A stretch of DNA of 64,000 nucleotides from a virus. Shown here piece after piece: positions 20,033-28,232 of the stretch. The position numbers and the translations under genes are program-made. The DNA is taken from positions 3,499-67,498 of the IMG/VR virus record IMGVR_UViG_3300045974_000549; one strand, written 5' to 3'. The notes under the pieces were generated by a model. It was not told the DNA's origin. It saw only the letters and a list, made by a program, of their open reading frames with translations, and searched no databases. Each line of letters starts with the position of its first letter. The stretch's first letter is position 1.

Positions 20033-20485
20033 ATGAAGAAACTATTTATCGTGTTCATTATGGCGGCAGCAATGCCAATGCTAGCAATGAGCCAAACCCC
20101 AGCAGCACCCGTAGCACCTGCGGCAGTAGCATCCGCTCCAGTGGCGGTAGTATCTCCTGCACCAGTAGTCCCTGCAGCTCCAGTGATTGCAGCACCACCA
20201 GCTGAAAAATCATCTTATGTACAATTTGTGGTGGACCAATTGGAAAAAATTCCTGCTGCTGGAAAAATATTATCTATCATTTTCCAAATTTTATCTATTC
20301 TAGCTGTTGGTCTTACTGCACTTGCCGCTTGTATGACTGCTGTTGGTGCCGGACTTGCACAAATTGGAAAAAGCATTCCAATATTTGCTGTAGCTTCCGG
20401 ATGGATTAACGGGCTTTTGCCATGGGTAAAATATTTGTCCATGTACAACGTTCAAAAGCAAGACGTTCCTCCAAAACAAGCTTAA
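20033..20485 (+). CDS. Membrane protein with signal peptide and Pro/Ala-rich linker
   Basis: AGGAG RBS; MKKLF signal peptide, P/A/V tract and hydrophobic helices. Confidence 0.65.
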   Translation: MKKLFIVFIMAAAMPMLAMSQTPAAPVAPAAVASAPVAVVSPAPVVPAAPVIAAPPAEKSSYVQFVVDQLEKIPAAGKILSIIFQILSILAVGLTALAACMTAVGAGLAQIGKSIPIFAVASGWINGLLPWVKYLSMYNVQKQDVPPKQA

Positions 20486-20500
20486 ATTCTAAGGTGGGCT

Positions 20501-21445
20501 ATGAAAGCATTCCTATTAGTATCTTTGATTTTATTTCAAATAGGATGCGCGTCCAAATTACGCCCAGATGTGGTACCTTATGCGGTCCCGTCTGGGTATG
20601 ATTCAATCGAAATTTTGGGTTGTAATCAGTATTCTTATGGTACATCTATTTGCAATGTATCTCCTCTGGTACCTTTAAGTTCTCTTGATCTTAAAATAAA
20701 AAGTTACTACAATGGCAAAATAGTAGTAAACGGGTGTGGGATATCAGAAAACAGAAACTACATACAATCCGAAATGGTGCCTATAGCACTATCAGGTAAT
20801 GTAAATGGTGATTGTGTACTTACTGTAACTATGTCACCAAGTCTTCCAAATCAAGAAAAAACCCCAATACTAGTGGGAAGCCTTCGTGGACATGTGTTTA
20901 TCCACGTCCAAGACCCCGAATTTGAAAACGTAGTACAATTTAACCAAGTGCCGATGGGTATTAACAGCGGTATTAGATTTGATGTACCTGTTGGTGGGGA
21001 GTTATCTGGTATTCTGAAGATAATTGGGAGAGGCGACGGATGTTTAGTTAATGCCGAAATGAACATCACTGCTACTAACGGCTTTATATCAATACCACTA
21101 GATACCATTCATTCAAGCACCAAACAAACCACTTGTGTATTCGAAGGTGTTCTTGATACTCCAAGCGATAAGTACATACTATTTTGGGTAATCAACTATT
21201 ACTCCAAAGACTTTATCGAACTTGCCAATCCATCAATCGAATGGAAATCCAAAGACAAATTATGTGTAATTGCTGATACTAGTGCATCTATAATTAGTGT
21301 GGACGATAATTACAAAATATCTAACAACGCTTGTTTCAAAGTAGATAAAACCAAAGACTTTATCCTAAGAACTCTAACGGTCGGTGGAAGAACTAATATT
21401 GGTATCTGGGATGGTGGTTTTGGTATTTTCAGGTGGTATAAATGA
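20501..21445 (+). CDS. Cys-rich lipoprotein
   Basis: 'MKAFLLVSLILFQIGC' lipobox-like signal; all-beta body with several Cys. Confidence 0.6.
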   Translation: MKAFLLVSLILFQIGCASKLRPDVVPYAVPSGYDSIEILGCNQYSYGTSICNVSPLVPLSSLDLKIKSYYNGKIVVNGCGISENRNYIQSEMVPIALSGNVNGDCVLTVTMSPSLPNQEKTPILVGSLRGHVFIHVQDPEFENVVQFNQVPMGINSGIRFDVPVGGELSGILKIIGRGDGCLVNAEMNITATNGFISIPLDTIHSSTKQTTCVFEGVLDTPSDKYILFWVINYYSKDFIELANPSIEWKSKDKLCVIADTSASIISVDDNYKISNNACFKVDKTKDFILRTLTVGGRTNIGIWDGGFGIFRWYK

Positions 21446-22197
21446 ATCAAGAGGACTTCGCAAAATTCATAGATGGTATTTTGACTGGTGACGTAAAATC
21501 TTCAGTGGTTAAAGTGGCAATCGTTATTATAGGGTCGTTGTCTTGGATTTTTTTTAAAAGGTGGCTCGGAAACCAAGATTCTAAAGATGCCAAAGCAAAA
21601 TCTGAAGCTGATCAAATAAAAGATCAAGCACAAAACAAACAAGATGCAAGCACTATTCAGGGACAACTTGATTCGGTCAAACCTGAATTAGATAAAGCAA
21701 AGGAGACACATTCTATGGACTCCAAAATACCCAAACACGATAACTCAGGGGATTGCAAGCGATGTGATCTCATTTTTGATACCTTTCCGAGTTTTTACTT
21801 GCCACTACGGACGTGGTTTAAGCGTTTTCAAAGGTCAACGCCAGAAGTACATATCTCGTGCGCGGGAAGAGGCGAAAAAGCGCAAGAAGATGCGTTTGTC
21901 AAGAAATTATCAAGAGCACATTGGAAAGAGTCTGATCATAACTACAATGCAGCAGTAGACACTTTTGTAAACCGTCCAGGTGATATGAACCCATGTGAAT
22001 GTGGTTGTAAGAAACTTAAACATGAGTGTATCTATCCTAAAGACTGGTACGAACATGTACTTGGACCTGAAATGACTAGAAACCCACAACTTGATTGGTT
22101 AGGAAGACCCCATTCACCTTTCCCAGAATTGCCACACGTAGGCACAACTGGATGGAAAGAGTTGGTAAAATCTGGAGAACTCAAGCTGGTTGAGTAA
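21442..22197 (+). CDS. Endolysin, peptidase M15-like, with N-terminal TM/coiled-coil
   Basis: 'R...Q...S.HNY..AVD...W.G......ELPHV' Zn-peptidase M15 pattern; TM segment at aa ~21-38. Confidence 0.75.
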   Translation: MNQEDFAKFIDGILTGDVKSSVVKVAIVIIGSLSWIFFKRWLGNQDSKDAKAKSEADQIKDQAQNKQDASTIQGQLDSVKPELDKAKETHSMDSKIPKHDNSGDCKRCDLIFDTFPSFYLPLRTWFKRFQRSTPEVHISCAGRGEKAQEDAFVKKLSRAHWKESDHNYNAAVDTFVNRPGDMNPCECGCKKLKHECIYPKDWYEHVLGPEMTRNPQLDWLGRPHSPFPELPHVGTTGWKELVKSGELKLVE

Positions 22198-22360
22198 AAT
22201 ATGCCCACTTTGTACGGCTTATATGGTAACTCACCCAAACTTAGTAGGTTGGGTGAAATGTTCATGTGGTTATGCAAAATTGGAAAACAAGATTCTTACT
22301 CACGAAGAAATTCAAGAATTAAGGAAAAAACACCTTATCAAAAAAAGTGATGGGGAGTGA
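22190..22360 (+). CDS. Small Zn-ribbon protein (56 aa, not in the ORF track)
   Basis: TTG start; MSKICPLCTAYMVTHPNLVGWVKCSCGYAKLEN..., with CxxC...CxCG. Confidence 0.5.
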   Translation: MSKICPLCTAYMVTHPNLVGWVKCSCGYAKLENKILTHEEIQELRKKHLIKKSDGE

Positions 22361-22448
22361 TCAACTCCTTTAGGCTACCATCATCGCCTACCCTACCGTA
22401 ATCACCGCAAAAAATAAACCCCAAAATCGTAAGCAGTGTCAATATTAA

Positions 22449-22486
22449 ACCAAGCCTTGTATGAGTTTTTATACTTGGGGCTTGGT
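22449..22486. terminator. Hairpin between the convergent late and replication blocks
   Basis: Inverted repeat accaagcc...ggcttggt. Confidence 0.4.
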
Positions 22487-22493
22487 ATGGTTA

Positions 22494-24503
22494 TTAAATT
22501 GCGCGAATCTCGCAAACTCCCCCGCTACAAGCTATCTCTTGCGCTACAGTGGTGTTGTCTACATTTTCTTTAACTTCAGTCAAATCAATGTCAGTAATAT
22601 ACTTTGACAATTCTAAATACTTCTCTTCGGAAACAGACTCAAATGGTGCTTGTTGGTAAGTACCACCGTCTTTGGGTAGAAGAGATAGTCCGTTATAAAC
22701 ATTTCTATTCTCCCACATCCAAGCACCAACTTGGTCCCATTCTTCAGGACCCACATATACAGTAGCCGATACGTTATGAGTGTTTGGTCCACTTATGTGT
22801 CCGGTTTTCACCCAATCCACAGACACTCTCTTCACTCTCTCCAAAAATTCAAATGCAGTTTCCTTATCAGAAGTAACTGATCCATCTGGAGCCTTCATTG
22901 GAATACACAAGTACGACGAATTTTTAGGATCAAAAATAGAATCTTCAAGAAGTTCTGGTACTTTGGACATCAAGTATCCAAAAAGAGGTTCTATCTTGTT
23001 GATTTTTAAACGACGGACATAGTAACGATCAAACCAGGCATGAATACCTGAAGAAGTACCCATTACTAATGAAGTAGTACCCGATGGTTTTACACAGGTA
23101 GTACGAGCAGCAGGTTTAATCCCCATGATTTTAGCTATACGTTTGTTTTCTTCTTTAACCGCATTTGCAGCAGCTACTAAATCAAACTGTGAGTTGGAAA
23201 TTGATGCAAGTCCAGTAAGTGAAACACCAAGAAGGGCTTCAGATTCTGTATTTTCTTTCCAAATATCGCGTAAATAATGAAAATCCGTGTATCCAGCTTG
23301 TATAGTGCCTAGAAGAGCTGCAGCTTTAACCCTATCTTCAAGTTCTTCTTGTGTTTTTACTGTTGAAATATTAACTTCGGTAAGATTACAAAATTGGTTT
23401 GGCTTCAAACTGATTTCCACACATGGATTAGTACCAAGTTCTGGGTCATTAGTGAAGTAAATCCCAGGTTCTCCTGCCCCAGAATCCCGCATCTGTTTAT
23501 AGAGACCACGGAAATTGAGTTCAGTGTGGTGATCCCTAACGAACACAGCAGAATTATTAGAGCGTCCACGTTGAGGTTCGAAGAAAAACCATGGGAGTTT
23601 TTGCTCATTAACCAACATTTCATAGTGTTTTTTATCAAGAAACACTGTATGTTGTTTTGCTGGCATCCATCCATTTACTTCAACTACTACTTGGTGAACA
23701 TCGCTATTAGATTCGGTTTCATCAATCAATTTAGCGTTAAAATTTGATTTACAACGTATCATTTCTTGGTCTTCCATTGAAAACAGCGCGATCATTGCTG
23801 CTTCACGAATACCACCAGAGAGAACTGCATCGGCAATAAAACAATTGATATCATGCACTTCGATAGGTGTTAATTTTGATCCATTATCTTTAGAATCAAA
23901 AATTGCTTGCATAGAAGTTAACGTTTTTTTCAAAGGTTCAGGACCAGGAGCCTTACCACCCGAAGTTTTAAGTGGTGTACCTTTTTTCCTAAGAGATCGG
24001 TAATCAAAAATTGGTAATGCCCCACCGTCGAGATAAGCTTTTGTAAGAACTTCAACTGCGTTTGCCCATCCAATCATATCGTCTGCAATCAAATATTTCT
24101 TAGATCTAGTAGGTTTTCTGATTGACGGTAATTTGTTTACGTGTTTGTATTGAACTGAATACCCAACACCAGTACCACCAATTAAAAGAAACATCACCTC
24201 TCTAAAGGTTTTCCAATGATCCATTGGCATATAAGCACAATTGAACAAGCGAGACTCCATAAGTTCAATTGGCAAACCAGAAAATTGCATAGATCTCATT
24301 GCTGGTACTACTTTTTTTGGTATGATGAATTTATCAAATACTTCAATCAGTTGTTCTCTCAGAAACGGATATTTTCTGATGTGCATATCTCGTGTTCGGT
24401 GACAATTTTCTTCCCAACTTTCCCTTCGTTTTTCAGACTCTAAATACTTTGCGTACTTTAGGTAATGTGTCACTTTGCTCATTAATTCCAGACTACTATC
24501 CAT
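22494..24503 (-). CDS. nrdJ: Class II (B12-dependent) ribonucleotide reductase
   Basis: 'FNCAY', 'TNPCVEI', 'VKPSGTTSL' and C-terminal 'ACSGGVCEI'; no beta subunit nearby. Confidence 0.9.
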   Translation of the reverse strand: MDSSLELMSKVTHYLKYAKYLESEKRRESWEENCHRTRDMHIRKYPFLREQLIEVFDKFIIPKKVVPAMRSMQFSGLPIELMESRLFNCAYMPMDHWKTFREVMFLLIGGTGVGYSVQYKHVNKLPSIRKPTRSKKYLIADDMIGWANAVEVLTKAYLDGGALPIFDYRSLRKKGTPLKTSGGKAPGPEPLKKTLTSMQAIFDSKDNGSKLTPIEVHDINCFIADAVLSGGIREAAMIALFSMEDQEMIRCKSNFNAKLIDETESNSDVHQVVVEVNGWMPAKQHTVFLDKKHYEMLVNEQKLPWFFFEPQRGRSNNSAVFVRDHHTELNFRGLYKQMRDSGAGEPGIYFTNDPELGTNPCVEISLKPNQFCNLTEVNISTVKTQEELEDRVKAAALLGTIQAGYTDFHYLRDIWKENTESEALLGVSLTGLASISNSQFDLVAAANAVKEENKRIAKIMGIKPAARTTCVKPSGTTSLVMGTSSGIHAWFDRYYVRRLKINKIEPLFGYLMSKVPELLEDSIFDPKNSSYLCIPMKAPDGSVTSDKETAFEFLERVKRVSVDWVKTGHISGPNTHNVSATVYVGPEEWDQVGAWMWENRNVYNGLSLLPKDGGTYQQAPFESVSEEKYLELSKYITDIDLTEVKENVDNTTVAQEIACSGGVCEIRAI

Positions 24504-24541
24504 AGCGTTTCCCCCCTCTTCAGTCGTTCAATTGTCTTATG

Positions 24542-24859
24542 TTATACAGTTTCCGTATGTGGAACTGTTAATAAATTTGATAGAAATTCGTTGTTGTGGT
24601 ACCTAGTGACGTATACAAAGTAATTGTATTCAGGTACTTCTAGCTTAAGAACTATTTCAAGTTTTGGTATTAACTTCACCATATTAAAATCATCAACGGA
24701 AGTAATAACCAGATTAGATAATCCAAAGAAAATATCAGATGTTTCAATTGCTTTAATATATTTTTTAAAAGTCTCTAACTTATCACCTTCAAGTTTGTAT
24801 AGGTCCTGTATTTCAAGTGACACAACTTCGTTGATTTCGGTGATAAGATTTCTAAGCAT
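24542..24859 (-). CDS. Hypothetical protein
   Basis: 105-aa ORF packed in the operon. Confidence 0.55.
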   Translation of the reverse strand: MLRNLITEINEVVSLEIQDLYKLEGDKLETFKKYIKAIETSDIFFGLSNLVITSVDDFNMVKLIPKLEIVLKLEVPEYNYFVYVTRYHNNEFLSNLLTVPHTETV

Positions 24860-25703
24860 GTAGAGTCCTAATTTTAAGTTTTTTGCTTAACAATTCCCAA
24901 CGATCAGCGTATATGATAACATTATCTATTAACTCGGTAGGCATCCCTTTTGTTATCAATGCGTCAATGTTGAAAGATGTCGGTTTAACATCGGATAAAA
25001 ATTGAATAGCTTCAGACATCCCAATACCAATAATACCAGAAACATACCAAAACTGTGGTAAACTTAACCCTTCATCAAGTAGTTCTTCAAGTTTAGTTTC
25101 TAGTTTGTAGTATTTTTCACATTCAAGCGTACCATAAGTGTTAGTAAGTACATTATGACGGAAGTATGTAGATTTTTTACCAATTTGGGTAAAAAGAGGG
25201 ATAAAAGAAATCAAATTGTCGGCACCAAGTTTAGTACCGTAATTGTTTGGAAATGCGTTTGCCCATTCAGATATTTCTTCTGTGCTCATATTAGTGCAAA
25301 GTTCAATTAATCTATAAAGTGGAGTAGTAACTTTCCACTCACACATGGGATTTGAACATTTGAGACCAAAATGCTCTTGGTCCCCTATCTTTTTGCTTGA
25401 TCTTACATAGTTACTACCACAAGCAAGACAGTCATATGGGAATGAAACGTCTTCCTTTGTACTATTAGTGATTTTAAGTTTTGATTCATCGTTAATAGAC
25501 AAAGTAACTATAGAACCAATGCCAACTGGATGGTGTTCATAAATATCGGTTAGTCCCATTGGGAAAGAATTTAATTTTTCCCCACGAATTGTTACTTCAT
25601 CAAACAATAGGTCACTAACCAAGAATCCGTGTGGGTCTAAGTACCAGTTTATATTGTCAACTTTTATCGTAGCTGTTGTGTTATTTTCCTGCTGTGTTTC
25701 CAT
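24852..25703 (-). CDS. NAD-dependent DNA ligase C-terminal half (OB + C4 Zn finger + HhH), divergent
   Basis: OB-like N-terminus, 'FPYDCLACGS...KCSNPMC' and 'LPQFWYVSGIIGIG'; no KxDG domain. Confidence 0.55.
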   Translation of the reverse strand: METQQENNTTATIKVDNINWYLDPHGFLVSDLLFDEVTIRGEKLNSFPMGLTDIYEHHPVGIGSIVTLSINDESKLKITNSTKEDVSFPYDCLACGSNYVRSSKKIGDQEHFGLKCSNPMCEWKVTTPLYRLIELCTNMSTEEISEWANAFPNNYGTKLGADNLISFIPLFTQIGKKSTYFRHNVLTNTYGTLECEKYYKLETKLEELLDEGLSLPQFWYVSGIIGIGMSEAIQFLSDVKPTSFNIDALITKGMPTELIDNVIIYADRWELLSKKLKIRTLHA

Positions 25704-26304
25704 TTACAAAATTTTCAATCTCCATAGCTATTTGATCGATAGTTTTACCACCGACCTGAATTTGTGTTACTACTTCGTTTTCACTAAACGCGCACCTTTT
25801 TTTGTTGACAAGTGACCTGTAAATTTCCGTGTACTCAACCGATAATTCTGCCCAGTTAATTTGGCTTTCAAAAACATCATTATCAGCGATATCAAGTCTG
25901 TTATCTGCATTCAAAAAGATAATTTTAACATCATATTTATGAGTGATGTTGGCCTTATACACACTGGAAAGAATGTTTTCAAGTAATGCCATTTCATATG
26001 GTTCAATTCCGGTCCGTTTACCATAAACTAGACCAGAAATATAACTTCTATCCATTACTAAACTGCGTTCCCCATCAAATAAGGTAAAAGCATCAACAGT
26101 GTGGGATATCCCGATCAAAAGTTGACGCTCTAGTGCCGAATATATTGGGTTCATTTTAGCTTCGTTGCGGATAAAACTTACTAGATTATCCTTAGAAGGC
26201 TGAATAATTAGTTCTGCCTCTAATTTATTGGCTAATAGTTTTGACTGGGTAGATTTACCCGTTCCGTCGCTACCTTCAATTATGACAAGTTTCTGTTTTT
26301 TCAT
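25681..26304 (-). CDS. Thymidylate-kinase-family dNMP kinase
   Basis: 'IIEGSDGTGKSTQ' P-loop, 'MDRSYISGLVY'. Confidence 0.88.
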   Translation of the reverse strand: MKKQKLVIIEGSDGTGKSTQSKLLANKLEAELIIQPSKDNLVSFIRNEAKMNPIYSALERQLLIGISHTVDAFTLFDGERSLVMDRSYISGLVYGKRTGIEPYEMALLENILSSVYKANITHKYDVKIIFLNADNRLDIADNDVFESQINWAELSVEYTEIYRSLVNKKRCAFSENEVVTQIQVGGKTIDQIAMEIENFVNGNTAGK

Positions 26305-26338
26305 TTATTATTCCTACCGGAAAACGTGGTTGTATGTT

Positions 26339-27559
26339 CTAGCGTATAATAGTGTCTTCTGTGCATGCCCCAGTGCCTAAGAAACGCACATCTACACCTT
26401 TTAGGTACTCATCCATCCACGCTTGGAATTTCGGAGTTATCTTTTCGGTGCTTCCTTCCATTTCAGCGTCAACATAATTACAGAAGTTAAGTGAAATGTG
26501 GGTATCGGTACCTGCCTCATTATACATCACACTTTCATCTAAATTCATTCTTGAGAATGTAGCTACGCGTCGTGGCAGTTTGGTCACTGATGTAATCTCA
26601 AAAATTGGGTCTTTGGCTCCGGAAATCTTAGTCAAAGTTTCCCAATCAAGTTCTTTTTGATCAGGGTACCATTTACCAGAATTTCCTTCGTAAATAGTGT
26701 GCGGAGCACCATTTTGTACTTCTGCCCATGTAAGATGTCTTCCATCTTCGGTAGAAATGTACTTATTTGAGTTGATTCTAATTGGATATGTTCTAAAGTT
26801 GATGATTGTATCCCCTGCATATTTGATTGGCAGGAACATATCAGAAAATCCTTGAGCTACGTTCACATTTCTATAAGTAACATATGGCCAGTGATAAGAA
26901 TGTTGGTTGGAAAGTTGAAATCCCTGTGCAATTTCAAGGAGACCTGCTTGCCCTTTATTTAACCTGCTCATGATTTCCACTGGTACATCACACACCATGT
27001 CTTTGATTTGTTCACAGTCTCTAGCAATTTTCACTGATGGCCTTCTTAAAATACGACGAGCAGCACATGAACCAACACCATGATTAGTAGATCCAAATTT
27101 TGATGTTCCTTCGTGTCTTTTTTCAATAAGTTGTCCATCAAACCCTAAAGTGCCACGTTCAAAGCCTTGATCAAGTTCTACATCCAGAATAGGCACCACT
27201 GGGGAAATTCCTATTTTACTTCTTGGAATTCCGTTTTCTTCCATTTCTCGTAACAACGCTGGAAGTTCGATCATAGCACCAGGTCCAAGGTAAATCTTCT
27301 CGAACTTCTCGTGGTTGTAAGCACAAGAATTGAGTGTTTGATAAAACCATTGTCTTCCATCATGAAGTCTTACCCAATGACCAGCTTGTGGGGCAAAAGT
27401 GTTACAAGCAAACTGCCAATTATCAGCATTTGCAGTAATAAACGAACCAATTTTTCCTTTACCAGAACTTCCGGCTCCACCGTCAAGAAGAGTTGTTAAT
27501 TTGCCTGGTTTAAATACGAAGTTTGTGTTAGTGGGCATATTTTTTTCCTTTGTAGCCAT
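26339..27559 (-). CDS. purZ: PurZ-type adenylosuccinate synthetase homologue (2-amino-deoxyadenylosuccinate synthase candidate)
   Basis: 'DGGAGSSGKG' (Ser at the PurA Asp13 position), 'QAGH', 'GST', 'EIAQGFQLS', 'PIRI', 'SG.WYPDQKELDWE', 'TSVTKLPRRV', 'LNFCNY'. Confidence 0.78.
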   Translation of the reverse strand: MATKEKNMPTNTNFVFKPGKLTTLLDGGAGSSGKGKIGSFITANADNWQFACNTFAPQAGHWVRLHDGRQWFYQTLNSCAYNHEKFEKIYLGPGAMIELPALLREMEENGIPRSKIGISPVVPILDVELDQGFERGTLGFDGQLIEKRHEGTSKFGSTNHGVGSCAARRILRRPSVKIARDCEQIKDMVCDVPVEIMSRLNKGQAGLLEIAQGFQLSNQHSYHWPYVTYRNVNVAQGFSDMFLPIKYAGDTIINFRTYPIRINSNKYISTEDGRHLTWAEVQNGAPHTIYEGNSGKWYPDQKELDWETLTKISGAKDPIFEITSVTKLPRRVATFSRMNLDESVMYNEAGTDTHISLNFCNYVDAEMEGSTEKITPKFQAWMDEYLKGVDVRFLGTGACTEDTIIR

Positions 27560-28139
27560 AGCAGCTAAAATGATGTTTAAGTTCGTCCATTGCTTTTTTG
27601 ACAGTCACAGGCGGTATGCCCAGAAACTTGCCAAGGGTGTTTGGTGGAATACTATCGAATTGTTGATACATTCGAACCTCTTCCTTCAAAACTTCCCATT
27701 TTTCTAACGTAGCATCTGATGGATTAAATAATTCCCTGAAAAAATGTTGGATTCTTGGGTTCACAGTTTCGTAGTAAGCCTCAAGAATTCTTACAATGTC
27801 TTTATGTTCAAGGTTATTGTAGGAATTTAAAAATTTGTTTCCTGCTTTGTGCATCATTGAGTCTGCAAAGTCGTTGAAACTGATTTCACCAATTTCTACC
27901 ATGCAGTTAATGTTTTCTCTCGTTTTATTTTTTCTAAATATGTCGTTCACATGATTTTTCAGAACGACGAAAGCGAGAGCGCAAACTTCGTCCTCCGAGA
28001 CCGCCTCAAGTGTAGGCATCACTTCAGTGACTTTTAACCAAAGTTCTTGGTGTAGATCATCTTTATCGATTTTGTTTTGGTATCTAAAATGTTTGATTAC
28101 ATTTTCTATCGTTGTGACATAGTGACAGTAGTGCTTCAT
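27528..28139 (-). CDS. Phage RNA polymerase sigma factor (ECF-like regions 2 and 4)
   Basis: 'DDLHQELWLK', 'KNHVNDIFRK' and C-terminal HTH 'LGKFLGIPPVTVKKAM'. Confidence 0.7.
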   Translation of the reverse strand: MKHYCHYVTTIENVIKHFRYQNKIDKDDLHQELWLKVTEVMPTLEAVSEDEVCALAFVVLKNHVNDIFRKNKTRENINCMVEIGEISFNDFADSMMHKAGNKFLNSYNNLEHKDIVRILEAYYETVNPRIQHFFRELFNPSDATLEKWEVLKEEVRMYQQFDSIPPNTLGKFLGIPPVTVKKAMDELKHHFSCYGYKGKKYAH

Positions 28140-28202
28140 TGACTGTTCCCCCTCCAGTTTCCGTTATGACAATTCTAATTTTTCAGTTTGCTGTTAGGCA
28201 AG

Positions 28203-28232
28203 ATACTAACACTGGCCGGAAGGGTTTGTCAA
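28203..28232 (-). promoter_or_regulatory. sigma70-type promoter for the sigma-purZ-kinase operon
   Basis: Minus strand TTGACA-18nt-TAGTAT with a TG extension. Confidence 0.6.
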
